64,000 nt of DNA from assembly GCA_038231275.1 (NCBI GenBank), contig JBBRLQ010000007.1, forward strand, positions 224,001 to 288,000. Direction: 5' to 3'. Positions 39,333-51,313 of this stretch are shown piece by piece. This DNA is from Polyangiales bacterium (GTDB lineage Bacteria > Myxococcota_A > Polyangia > Polyangiales > Polyangiaceae). How positions within the stretch are numbered: the first letter of the stretch is position 1; each line of letters starts with the position of its first letter. The notes under the pieces were generated by a model. The model searched no databases. It was not told the DNA's origin and was given only the letters and a program-made list of their open reading frames with translations. A program made the translations under genes and the position numbers.

Positions 39333-40349
39333 ATGCTCGTAGGGCTCTTCCTCGGTGTGCTCTTCGTGACGCCGTTCGTCGTCACGTACGTGCTCTTCAT
39401 CAGGTGGTGCGACCGCTTCGAGCCGGAGCCGTGGTGGCTCATCATCCTCGCGTTCATGTGGGGCGCGCTCTTCGCCACTCTGGGCGGCGGCGTCTCGAGC
39501 GGCATCGTACAGAGCCTCGTCGAGCGCGTCACCGGCGCGGGCGGGGACGACATGGAGGCGTTCGGCGCCACCGTCCTCGCGCCCGTCTTCGAGGAGGGGT
39601 TCAAGGGTCTCGGCGTCGCGATCATCGCGGCGATCAGCGCGCTCGGCTTGAAGGAGCTGGACGGCCCGCTCGACGGCGCGATCTACGGCGGCGTCGTGGG
39701 CCTCGGTTTCACGCTCACCGAGGACATCCTCTACGTCGCCAACCAGTACGCGAACGAGGGGCTGGGCGGCTTCGTCGTCCTCCTCTTCCTCCGCACGGTC
39801 CTCCTCGGCCTCTCGCACTGCACCTTCACTGCGATGACGGGTCTCGGCTTCGGCATCGCCGCCGAGTCGCGAAATTGGTCGGTGAAAATCTGCGCGCCCA
39901 TCGCCGGCTACTGCGGCGCGATGGCGCTGCACGCGATGCACAACGGCCTCCCGACGTTCTTCGGTGAGGAGGGCCTGGTGCTCATGGTGCTCCTCTCCTG
40001 GGTCATCGACATCCTCTACTTCGTGATCCTCGGCGTCCTCGTCATGCGCGATCGCGCGACGATCATCCGCGAGCTGTCGACGGAGATGGGCGGCCTCCTC
40101 CACCCGCGCGAGCTCCAGCTCGTGACCACGTACTTCACGATCGGGCTCCGCAACTGGAGCATCCTCATGTCGAAGGGCTGGGCCGCGTTCAGCATGCGCC
40201 GCAAGAAACAGCTCGCGCTGGTGGAGCTCGCGTTCATCAAGAACCGGCGCCGCCGCGGCGAGGTCGGTCGCGATCTGGACATGAAGGAGGCGCGCCTCCG
40301 CCAGGAAATCTGGACCGCGAACAAGGCGGGGATCTGGATCGGTAGCTGA
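39333..40349 (+). CDS. PrsW-family intramembrane glutamic protease
   Basis: APVFEEGFKG, GLGFTLTE, conserved His and HxxHN motifs. Confidence 0.85.
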   Translation: MLVGLFLGVLFVTPFVVTYVLFIRWCDRFEPEPWWLIILAFMWGALFATLGGGVSSGIVQSLVERVTGAGGDDMEAFGATVLAPVFEEGFKGLGVAIIAAISALGLKELDGPLDGAIYGGVVGLGFTLTEDILYVANQYANEGLGGFVVLLFLRTVLLGLSHCTFTAMTGLGFGIAAESRNWSVKICAPIAGYCGAMALHAMHNGLPTFFGEEGLVLMVLLSWVIDILYFVILGVLVMRDRATIIRELSTEMGGLLHPRELQLVTTYFTIGLRNWSILMSKGWAAFSMRRKKQLALVELAFIKNRRRRGEVGRDLDMKEARLRQEIWTANKAGIWIGS

Positions 40350-41020
40350 TGGGCGCGGCGCGTCGCCTCGTCGAGCTGAGTCACCTCATCGAGCACGGCA
40401 TAGTGACCTACCCTGGCCTGCCGGCGCCCGAGATCTCCGATCACCTCACGCGCGCGGAGTCGGCAGCGTTGTACGCGCCGGGGATCACCTTCCAGATCGG
40501 CCGCATCTCGATGGTGGGGAACACCGGGACGTACCTCGACAGCCCCTTCCATCGCTTCGCCAAGGGCGCGGATCTCGCGGCGATGCCGCTCGAGAAGGTC
40601 GCCGATCTCGAGGGTGTTCTCGTGAGGCGTGCCCCCGGCGCGAAGCGAGCGATCGGGCGCGACGAGCTAGAAGGCCTCGAGGTCGCCGGCAAGGCCGTGC
40701 TCCTCCACACCGGGTGGGACGCGAAATTCCGCACGCCCGGCTACCGCGAGGACGCCCCGTTCCTCGACGCCGTCGCGACGGCGTGGCTCGTCGCGCAGGG
40801 GGCCGCGCTCGTCGGCATCGACGCCGTCAACATCGACGACATCGGCGACAAGGCCCGCCCCGCGCACTCGGGCCTGCTCGGCGCGGGCATCCCGATCGTC
40901 GAGCACTTGCGCGGCCTCGGCGATCTCCCCGAGCGGGGGTTTCGGTTCACGGCGACGCCACCGCGCGTGAGGGGCTTCGGCACCTTCCCGGTGCGCGCGT
41001 TCGCGATCGTCAGCGCGTGA
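40349..41020 (+). CDS. Cyclase family (kynurenine formamidase-like) protein
   Basis: LSH..YPG, NTGTYLDSPFH, LLHTGW, VGID, IVEHL, PVRAFA. Confidence 0.85.
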   Translation: MGAARRLVELSHLIEHGIVTYPGLPAPEISDHLTRAESAALYAPGITFQIGRISMVGNTGTYLDSPFHRFAKGADLAAMPLEKVADLEGVLVRRAPGAKRAIGRDELEGLEVAGKAVLLHTGWDAKFRTPGYREDAPFLDAVATAWLVAQGAALVGIDAVNIDDIGDKARPAHSGLLGAGIPIVEHLRGLGDLPERGFRFTATPPRVRGFGTFPVRAFAIVSA

Positions 41021-42968
41021 GGACCACCGCCGCGTACGGCCCGAGCGCGAGCGGCAGCGCGTAGGGCTTGCCGTCCTTGGCGCGCAGCGCCGGCGTCACG
41101 CTCCCCGTCATCGTGCCCGTAAAATCGCTGCCGTAGGCGGGCAAGTCCGAGTTGACCCGCACGCGCCACGGGGCGGCGTCGGGCGCACCGACGTCGTACC
41201 GCGTGTACCCCTTGTTCGCGAAGTTGAGGACGACGAGCACGTCCTCCCCCGACGCGCCGTGGCGACGGTAGGCGAGCACCTTGTCGACGTCGTTGCGCTG
41301 GACGATCTCGACGTCGGTGTCACCGAGGCCACCGGACTTGCCGTCGAGGTTGCGGCGAAGGCGGATCATGTCCTTGTAGAATGCACGGACAGAGAGCCCT
41401 TCGGCGGTGGGCGGGGCGAGCGGCGACGCCGGGTTCCCGAAGGGCGCGGTCGCGAGGGCCTCCTCCCCCATGAAGAGCATCGGCACGCCGGGTGCGGTGA
41501 GCATCGCGGCGGCCCCGAGCATCGAGCGCTTCCGGGCGGCGAGGCTCACCGGGTTCGCGCCGTCGATGCGCGTCGGGATGCGCGCGCCGCCGTTGCCGAC
41601 GGTGTCGTGGTTCTCCAAGTAGAGGAGGCGCGCGAAGGGATCGCCGCCCGACGTGCCTTGGAGCGCGCCCGTGACTTGCCCCATGTCGCGCCCGGCGTCG
41701 TCGGGGCGCACGATCACGTCGGTCATCGTGTAGCCGAAGCCGTCCCACTGCGCGTCGAAGCCGAAGCCGCCGCTCGCGGGGCTCTGCGTGATCGCGCCGA
41801 AGCCCTTGAGATCCTCGGCGACGCTGAGGCCGGACAGCGCGTGGACGCGATCGTTGGCGCGTACGAGGAGCTCCTTGCCGCCGGGCGTCGTCCCCTGGCC
41901 GTCGAGCGCGCGCACGTTCGAGACCGAGTCCCAGCGGAAGCCGTCGGCGCGGAGCTCCACCATCCAGGTGTCGACGGACGCGGCGAGCATCGTCGCGACC
42001 TCGGGCGTGGCGTAGCCGGGGCGCGGTCCCCAAGGCGTCGTCGCGTAAGGGCCTGCTGGGAAGAAGTAGAGACCGGCGCTACCGCTCGGGCAGTCGCCGT
42101 CGAAGCAGCGGAGCGGCGCTTGGCCGTAGCCGTCGGTGTGGTTGATGACCGTGTCGATCCAGATCGCGATCCCGAGCCCGTGTGCGCGATCGACGAGCGC
42201 CCGGAAATCGTCGAGCGATCCGAGGCCCGGCATCGGCGCGTGAAAGAGCTGCGGGTTGTATCCCCATCCGTTCGCGTCGCCGCCGAACGCTTGAACGGGA
42301 AGGAGCTCGATCACGTTCACGCCGAGCTCGGCGAGGCCGGGGAGCGCGTCGCGTGTGGAGGCAAAGGTCCCGTGCGCGGCGCCGGCCGACGTGAAGCTCG
42401 CGACGTGAAGCTCGTACACGACGGTACTTGCGCGCGCGGGTCGCGTGAACGCAGGTGTCGTCCACGCGTACGCGTTCGGATCGACGACGCGGCACGCGCC
42501 GCCCGCGAGCTCGCGGCAGTACGGATCGATCCGCGTGATCGCGCCGCCCGGTCCTTGAAAGACATAGCGGTACGTGTTGCCGGCGTGCGCGCCCGGGACG
42601 TGCGCCTCGAAGACGCCCCCGGGGATGGCGGTCATCGTGACGTCGCCTTGCGCGAAGTCGCCGCGCACGATGGCCGCCGTCGCGTGCGGCGCCCACACGC
42701 GAAATACGACGCCGCCCGCCTCGACGTTGCCGCCGAGGAACGGTGCGGGAAGGGGCCCTGCGTCGACGGTGACGCCGCCGTCGGGGAGTGGCGCGCCGTC
42801 GGGGAAAACGCTTGCATCGCCGAGAGCGCCTGGGCCTCCCGCGTCGCCCGCACCCGCAGGCGAAGTCGGCCCCGCGCGCGCGCCGCTGTCGCCACACGCC
42901 GCCACGACGAGCGCAGCGCACCAGGCGACGGATCGGGCGCACCTCTCCATGAGGACCATCCTTACCAT
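41010..42968 (-). CDS. GH13 alpha-amylase-family lipoprotein (CBM48 plus catalytic domain; GlgB/TreZ-like)
   Basis: Lipobox VAAC, FRVWAPHA, VYELHV, WGYNP, DGFRWD, VAED, ENHD; start could be 42950-42968. Confidence 0.85.
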   Translation of the reverse strand: MVRMVLMERCARSVAWCAALVVAACGDSGARAGPTSPAGAGDAGGPGALGDASVFPDGAPLPDGGVTVDAGPLPAPFLGGNVEAGGVVFRVWAPHATAAIVRGDFAQGDVTMTAIPGGVFEAHVPGAHAGNTYRYVFQGPGGAITRIDPYCRELAGGACRVVDPNAYAWTTPAFTRPARASTVVYELHVASFTSAGAAHGTFASTRDALPGLAELGVNVIELLPVQAFGGDANGWGYNPQLFHAPMPGLGSLDDFRALVDRAHGLGIAIWIDTVINHTDGYGQAPLRCFDGDCPSGSAGLYFFPAGPYATTPWGPRPGYATPEVATMLAASVDTWMVELRADGFRWDSVSNVRALDGQGTTPGGKELLVRANDRVHALSGLSVAEDLKGFGAITQSPASGGFGFDAQWDGFGYTMTDVIVRPDDAGRDMGQVTGALQGTSGGDPFARLLYLENHDTVGNGGARIPTRIDGANPVSLAARKRSMLGAAAMLTAPGVPMLFMGEEALATAPFGNPASPLAPPTAEGLSVRAFYKDMIRLRRNLDGKSGGLGDTDVEIVQRNDVDKVLAYRRHGASGEDVLVVLNFANKGYTRYDVGAPDAAPWRVRVNSDLPAYGSDFTGTMTGSVTPALRAKDGKPYALPLALGPYAAVVLTR

Positions 42969-43057
42969 CCCGCCCTCTTCGGCGTTTGCGCGCGGCCGTC
43001 AAACCCTTCGGTCCGCCCGTCGCGACGGCACTGTCAGGTCTGGTACCATCACGCGCC

Positions 43058-44026
43058 ATGAACCACGTTCGCCTCGGCCGCACGGCCCTCAAGGTCAGCC
43101 GATTCTGCCTCGGCACGATGAACTTCGGTCCGCAGACCAGCGAGGCCGACGCGTTCAAGATCATGGATCGCGCGCTCGAGATGGGGATCAACTTCTTCGA
43201 CACCGCGAACGTCTACGGCTGGAAGCGCGGCGAGGGCTGGACGGAGCAGATCCTCGGTCGCTGGTTCGCGCAGGGGGGCGGCCGGCGCGAGAAGGTCGTC
43301 CTCGCCACGAAGGTCTACGGCAACATGGGTGACTGGCCGAACACCAACCACCTCTCGGCCGTGCACATCCGCCGCGCCTGCGAGGAGTCGCTGCGCCGCA
43401 TGCAGACCGATCACATCGACCTCTACCAGATGCACCACGTCGATCGCGAGGCGCCGTGGGACGAGGTGTGGCAGGCGATGGAGGTCTTGGTCCAGCAGGG
43501 CAAGATTGTCTACATCGGCTCGTCGAACTTCGCGGGGTGGCACATCGCGCAGGCGAACGAGGCGGCCAAGGCGCGGCACTTTCTCGGACTCGTTTCGGAG
43601 CAGAGCCTCTACAACTTGCTCGATCGCACGATCGAGCTCGAGGTGATTCCGGCGTGCCAGACGTACGGCCTCGCCGTCATCCCGTGGAGCCCGCTGAAGT
43701 CGGGTGTCCTCGCTGGCCTCCAAAAGGAGAAGGAGGGTCGGCGCGCCGCCGAGCTCGCGCAGCGCACGATCGCGAAGCACAAGGACGCGCTGGAGCGCTA
43801 CGAGGCGTTCTGCAAGGAGCTGGGCCACGCGCCGGCGGACGTGTCCTTGGCGTGGGTGCTCGCGAACCCGGTCGTCACCGCGCCAATCGTGGGCCCGCGG
43901 ACGATGGAGCACCTGGAGTCGGCGCTGCGCGCGTTCGAGGTGAAGCTCGACGCTGACGCGATGAAGAAGCTCGACGAAATTTTTCCGGGCCCCGGCGGCG
44001 CGGCGCCAGAGGCGTACGCCTGGTGA
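43058..44026 (+). CDS. Aldo/keto reductase
   Basis: LGTMNFG, FFDTANVYG, LATK, DHIDLYQMH, IPWSPL. Confidence 0.95.
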   Translation: MNHVRLGRTALKVSRFCLGTMNFGPQTSEADAFKIMDRALEMGINFFDTANVYGWKRGEGWTEQILGRWFAQGGGRREKVVLATKVYGNMGDWPNTNHLSAVHIRRACEESLRRMQTDHIDLYQMHHVDREAPWDEVWQAMEVLVQQGKIVYIGSSNFAGWHIAQANEAAKARHFLGLVSEQSLYNLLDRTIELEVIPACQTYGLAVIPWSPLKSGVLAGLQKEKEGRRAAELAQRTIAKHKDALERYEAFCKELGHAPADVSLAWVLANPVVTAPIVGPRTMEHLESALRAFEVKLDADAMKKLDEIFPGPGGAAPEAYAW

Positions 44027-44041
44027 CCGTGCAGACGACGA

Positions 44042-44563
44042 CTACGGCCCGCCCCACGTCGCTTCGATCGCGATGCCGCGCGCGCGCGGGCCGGCGTCGC
44101 CTTCGGGGGGGAACGTCACGAGCTTGAGCGGCGACACGACGCACACCAGCAGGTTCGCCGCGGTCTGCGCGCCCGGGCCTGCTTTCACGTTGAGGCCGGC
44201 GATCGACCCGTCGGGCGCGATCGCCGCCACCACGCGCCCCGCGCCGTCCTTTGCGAGCCGACCCTCGCCCGCGAGGCGCTTGGCGCAGCCCTCGAGCTCG
44301 TCGGCGAGGTGATCGATCACCGCGCGCGCCGCTCCGTCGTCGAGCCCGCGCGCCTCCGCTAGGGCGACCAGGCCGTGCGGCCTCTTTGCAACATACACGT
44401 ATCCGTCGGGCGACGGCGCCGGGCCTCCCCCGTCGACGCCGGACGCCGTGTGCACTTCGCGCGTCTCTGGCACCACATCGCGCGCCGGTCCCGCGCACGT
44501 CGACAGCCCGAGGCCTCCCGCGTCCAAGAGGAGCGCCCCGAGCACGGCGGCGACGCGGATCAT
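44042..44563 (-). CDS. Exported protein with TonB-C/AgmX-like C-terminal domain
   Basis: Hydrophobic N-terminus; LEGCA...IAPDGSI...CVV...TFPP pattern. Confidence 0.55.
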   Translation of the reverse strand: MIRVAAVLGALLLDAGGLGLSTCAGPARDVVPETREVHTASGVDGGGPAPSPDGYVYVAKRPHGLVALAEARGLDDGAARAVIDHLADELEGCAKRLAGEGRLAKDGAGRVVAAIAPDGSIAGLNVKAGPGAQTAANLLVCVVSPLKLVTFPPEGDAGPRARGIAIEATWGGP

Positions 44564-44573
44564 GCGCGCGCGA

Positions 44574-45716
44574 TCATCCGCCCAGCACGTGCTTGGCGAT
44601 GACGATGCGCTGGATCTGGCTCGTTCCCTCGTAGATCTGGAGGATCTTCGCGTCGCGCATCAGCTTCTCGACGGGATAGTCCTTTACGTAGCCGTTGCCG
44701 CCGAAGACCTGCACCGCGTCGACCGCCGTGGCCATCGCGCTGTCGGCGCCGTACGCCTTCGCGTAGGACGACACGATCGGGTTGCGGATCCCCTTGTCGA
44801 GGTTCCACGCGGCTTTGCGCACGAGAAGGCTGGTGGCCTCGATGCGGATCGCCATCTCGGCGATCATCGCGCCGACGAGCTGGTGCTGGCCGATCGGGAC
44901 GCCGAATGTCTTTCGCTCCTTGGCGTACGCGACGCACTCGTCGAGGCAGCGGCGCATGAGGCCGCACGCGATCGCGCCGATGTCGGGCCGCGTCTGGTTG
45001 AACGTCTCCATCGCGAGCTTGAAGCCCTGTCCGGGCGGCGCGAGCACGTTGGCAGCGGGGACCTTCACGTCCTCGAGCATCACGGCGGCGGTGTCGCTCG
45101 CGCGCTGGCCGAGCTTGTCCTCGTGGCGTCCGACCTTCAGGCCTGGCGTATCGCGCGGGACGATGAAGGCGCCGATTCCCTTGTGGCGCTTGGTCGGATC
45201 CTCGGTCGCGAAGATCGTGTAGAAGCTCGCCATCGTAGCGTTGGTGATCCACATCTTCTGGCCGTTGAGGACCCAGCCGGTGCCGTCCTTGGTGGCGCGC
45301 GTCTGGAGGCCCGCGACGTCGCTGCCGGCCTGTGGCTCGGTCGTCGCGTAGCTCGCGAAGATGGGCTCGCTCGCGAGCCAGCCGAGGAACTTCTTCTTCT
45401 GCTCTTCGGAGCCGGCGAGCTTGATCGGCGTGAGCCCGAGCGTGTTCGCCGTCATGCTCGTCTGGATGCCGCTGCACCCGTACGCGAGCTCTTCGGTGAT
45501 GAGCGACGAGTCGACGTCGGAGAGCCCGGCCCCGCCGTACTCGGTCGGCAGCGTCGGGTTCACGAGGCCGATCTTGTGCGCCTCCTCGAAGACGTCGCGC
45601 GGGAAGCGAGACTCGCGATCGCACGCGGCGGCGACGGGGATGATGCGCTCTTTGGTGAACCGCCGGGCGGTGTCGACGAGGGCGCGCTGCTCTTCGGTCA
45701 TCTCGAAGTCGAACAT
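44574..45716 (-). CDS. Acyl-CoA dehydrogenase (medium-chain type)
   Basis: TEPQAGSDV, NGQKMWITN, QVFGGNGY, KILQIYEGTSQIQR. Confidence 0.95.
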   Translation of the reverse strand: MFDFEMTEEQRALVDTARRFTKERIIPVAAACDRESRFPRDVFEEAHKIGLVNPTLPTEYGGAGLSDVDSSLITEELAYGCSGIQTSMTANTLGLTPIKLAGSEEQKKKFLGWLASEPIFASYATTEPQAGSDVAGLQTRATKDGTGWVLNGQKMWITNATMASFYTIFATEDPTKRHKGIGAFIVPRDTPGLKVGRHEDKLGQRASDTAAVMLEDVKVPAANVLAPPGQGFKLAMETFNQTRPDIGAIACGLMRRCLDECVAYAKERKTFGVPIGQHQLVGAMIAEMAIRIEATSLLVRKAAWNLDKGIRNPIVSSYAKAYGADSAMATAVDAVQVFGGNGYVKDYPVEKLMRDAKILQIYEGTSQIQRIVIAKHVLGG

Positions 45717-45745
45717 GGGGAAAACCTCGGGCGGGGAGGGTAGCA

Positions 45746-45769
45746 GACTCCGACTCCGACTCCGACTCC
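45746..45769. repeat. (GACTCC)4 microsatellite, intergenic
   Basis: Four exact hexamer copies about 30 nt upstream of the acyl-CoA dehydrogenase start. Confidence 0.85.
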
Positions 45770-45778
45770 GACCGGCGA

Positions 45779-45913
45779 CTATTCGCGCGCGCGCTTTTTC
45801 TTGCGATCCACGGCCTCGCGCGCGGCGCGGGAGCCCATCACGTAGCCGATGACCATCCCGATCATCAACACGCCCGGGATGAACAAGAAGTGCTCCGGCC
45901 CGGGAAATCCCAT
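45779..45913 (-). CDS. Small single-TM membrane protein (44 aa)
   Basis: MGFPGPEHFLFIPGVLMIGMVIGY with basic tail; 4 nt after the ccmD stop. Confidence 0.65.
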   Translation of the reverse strand: MGFPGPEHFLFIPGVLMIGMVIGYVMGSRAAREAVDRKKKRARE

Positions 45914-45917
45914 CAGA

Positions 45918-46358
45918 TCAGGCCTCGCTCGTCTTCTTCGCGCCGGCGGCCGCCTTTTCGGTCTTCGCGACCGCACGATCGATCGCCCGCTCGAGTCCGT
46001 CGAGGCGGACGTTGAGGCTCGCCTGCTTCTTCCACACGAGGACGAGCCAGCCCATCAAGATGAGCCAGAGGACCGAGTAGGCGGAGACGAGGAGGCCCTC
46101 GCCGCTGTGGGATTCGGGCTCGTCGCTCACGGCTTGGAAGGAGGTCGAGCGCGTGTCGGGCGTTGCCGAGCCGGCGGGCGCAATCGCGGTCGGCGTCGCG
46201 GTCGCGGTCGCGGTCGGCGTCGCGGTCGCGTGCGCGGTGGCGATCGCCGAGGCGGTCGGCGTCGGGGGAGGCGTCGGGTGCGCCGCAGTGGTCGTCGGCG
46301 CCGTCGGCGGCGGAGGAGGAGGTTGCGGGCGCGGCCCGGGGGCGAGATCGAAGCTCAT
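45918..46358 (-). CDS. ccmD: CcmD-like heme exporter protein with Pro/Thr-rich N-terminal extension
   Basis: AYSVLWLILMGWL TM followed by a charged coiled tail; ATGA overlap with ccmC. Confidence 0.65.
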   Translation of the reverse strand: MSFDLAPGPRPQPPPPPPTAPTTTAAHPTPPPTPTASAIATAHATATPTATATATPTAIAPAGSATPDTRSTSFQAVSDEPESHSGEGLLVSAYSVLWLILMGWLVLVWKKQASLNVRLDGLERAIDRAVAKTEKAAAGAKKTSEA

Positions 46359-47110
46359 GCTTCCGTCCTATCGTCGAGACCGAGGTCGATGGCGTCTTCT
46401 TCTGCGAGTGCGAGGCGACTGCGCGCGAGCTCCAGCTTCACGCGCGCCCACAGGAGCACGACGCAGAACAGCGTGAAGGTGAGGATCGCGAGGAGGAGCG
46501 CGAGCTTCATGTCCGGGTGGTGGAGGCCGCCGCCCTTCGACGTGATGACGGTCGGGTGCTGCCCCGCCCACTTTTGAACGCTGTAGTGGATGATCGGCAA
46601 GTTGGCCGCGCCGAGGACGCCGAGCGCCGCTGCGAAGCGCCGCTCTCCCGGCCCGTCGCCGCTGTAGGCGCGCAGCACGAGGTACGCGACGTAGATGAGC
46701 ACGCTGAGGAGCGACGTCGTGAGGCGCGGGTCCCACGTCCAGTAATACCCCCACGCCTTTGCCGCCCAGAGCGGGCCCGTCGTCATCACGATCGCGCCGA
46801 ACACCACCGCGAGCTCTGCGCCTGCGCGCGCGAGGGCGTCGCCGACATCGGTCGGGCGCACGAGGTACATCACCGACCCGATGAAGCAGGCCGTCGCGCC
46901 GATGTACATCGAGTACGCGCTCGGGACGTGGAAGTAGAAGATCTTCTGCACGATGCCCATGTTCCGCTCGACGGGCGCGCGCTCCACGATCTGGAGCGTC
47001 CACACCAGGAGCACCGCCGTGATCGCGACGAGGGCGAAGAAGATCAGATCGCTCGCCCCGCTCTTGGGCTTCGCGCGCGTCGCGCTGCCGACGAGGGCGT
47101 CGGGGGTCAT
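46355..47110 (-). CDS. ccmC: Heme ABC exporter / cytochrome c biogenesis permease CcmC
   Basis: IFYFHVPSA, WAAKAWGYYWTWDPRLT (WWD domain), conserved His; ATGA overlap with the J-protein stop. Confidence 0.9.
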   Translation of the reverse strand: MTPDALVGSATRAKPKSGASDLIFFALVAITAVLLVWTLQIVERAPVERNMGIVQKIFYFHVPSAYSMYIGATACFIGSVMYLVRPTDVGDALARAGAELAVVFGAIVMTTGPLWAAKAWGYYWTWDPRLTTSLLSVLIYVAYLVLRAYSGDGPGERRFAAALGVLGAANLPIIHYSVQKWAGQHPTVITSKGGGLHHPDMKLALLLAILTFTLFCVVLLWARVKLELARSRLALAEEDAIDLGLDDRTEA

Positions 47111-47667
47111 TGATTTTTCTGCCACTTCTTCTTCTCCTCTTCGTTGCGGCGCGCGATCTCGCCGTCGATCTCCTTGAGGAAGCCATCGAGCGCGGGGTTG
47201 CCTCGGTCCATGTGAATCGCCAGGACCAGCTGGATCTTCGCTTGCTTTGGATCGCCCTTCTTGAAGAGCTCCTCGGCGCGCATGACGAACGGCCGCGCGC
47301 TCGGGTTGCGCATGCGGTCGGCGCCCTTGGGAGGCGGGGGGGCCATGCTCTCCGTCGGCGCCGAGCCGAGGCTCAAGAGGTGCTGCGGCCGCACGTCGCC
47401 TTGCGCGAGCGCGTCGTCGTAGCGACCGCGCAGGTTCGGGTTCGCGAGCACGCGGTACGCCTCGTTGCCGCGCTTGAAGATGTGGGCGATCGCGTCGCGC
47501 TCTTGCCGCGGGCGACCGGTGTGCGCGTCGGGATGGAAATCGGACGCGAACGCGTAGAACGCCGCCTTCAGGTCATCGGCCCCCACGTTCTGCTCGACCC
47601 GGAAGATCTCGTAGTACGAGAGCGAGTCGAGGACCTCTATCCACTGCGCGATGAATTCCCAGTCCAC
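47107..47667 (-). CDS. J-domain protein with C-terminal TPR-like helices
   Basis: SYYEIF..FHPD..NEAYRVL..RGRYD. Confidence 0.85.
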   Translation of the reverse strand: MDWEFIAQWIEVLDSLSYYEIFRVEQNVGADDLKAAFYAFASDFHPDAHTGRPRQERDAIAHIFKRGNEAYRVLANPNLRGRYDDALAQGDVRPQHLLSLGSAPTESMAPPPPKGADRMRNPSARPFVMRAEELFKKGDPKQAKIQLVLAIHMDRGNPALDGFLKEIDGEIARRNEEEKKKWQKNQ

Positions 47668-47674
47668 GGCGGCC

Positions 47675-50626
<2,952 letters not shown>

Positions 50627-50700
50627 CTAGGCCCGTTAGTTTAGAGCAACCGCCTTGTGAATGAAATGATTGCTCTATTCTTCTGATGGGTCGCTTCCGG

Positions 50701-50753
50701 CGTTCAAACGTTCCGTTCAAACGCCGTTCGCTCGATTCGTTCACCGCTCGTTC
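50701..50753. promoter_or_regulatory. CGTTC direct-repeat array, candidate transcription-factor site
   Basis: CGTTC at 50701, 50709, 50714, 50725, 50738 and 50749 in a relatively AT-rich gap upstream of the Hsp70 gene. Confidence 0.4.
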
Positions 50754-51313
50754 TGTCTCATTTCGTGGCATGCCCCCGCGTGCTCGGCGCGGACGTCGCG
50801 TAGGGCCTCGTCGAACCAGGCGTTAATCGCCTTCGGAAAGGGCCACATCCAGCCGTAGTCGGGGCCCGTGAAGCGAAGCACGATGCCCGCGCGAAGGCGC
50901 TCTGCGGCCGCGACGCCGTGGATCTCGGCGGTCGCGCGGATCGTCTCGACGTAGGCCTCCCATTCGATCCGCGCGCGTCCATACGCCAAGCCGATCGGGA
51001 AGATCGGCACCATGTAGACGAACGACATCCACGCGTCGCCCATGCGCGCGCGTTGCCGGAGGTGGACGCGCTCGTGGCGGAGGAGGATGAAGCGCTCGGT
51101 GTCGCTCATCTCGTCCCACGCGTCCGGGATCCAGAGCGTGTCGCGGAGGACGGTGTGATAGCGCGTGAGGTAGCTGCGCTGGCCGCCGAGCGTGACGACG
51201 ACGAGCGCCACGTGGATGCTCTTCTGGAGAATGCTCTCGCGCTTCCTCCGGATCGCGAACTGCGGGAACTCGGCGCGTATCTCGTCGAGGAACGCGTCGG
51301 TGCGCGATGTCAT
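50741..51313 (-). CDS. Hypothetical zincin-like protein (HExxH)
   Basis: LLRHERVHLRQ plus downstream RIEWEAY; ATGA overlap with the nei-like stop. Confidence 0.7.
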   Translation of the reverse strand: MTSRTDAFLDEIRAEFPQFAIRRKRESILQKSIHVALVVVTLGGQRSYLTRYHTVLRDTLWIPDAWDEMSDTERFILLRHERVHLRQRARMGDAWMSFVYMVPIFPIGLAYGRARIEWEAYVETIRATAEIHGVAAAERLRAGIVLRFTGPDYGWMWPFPKAINAWFDEALRDVRAEHAGACHEMRQNER

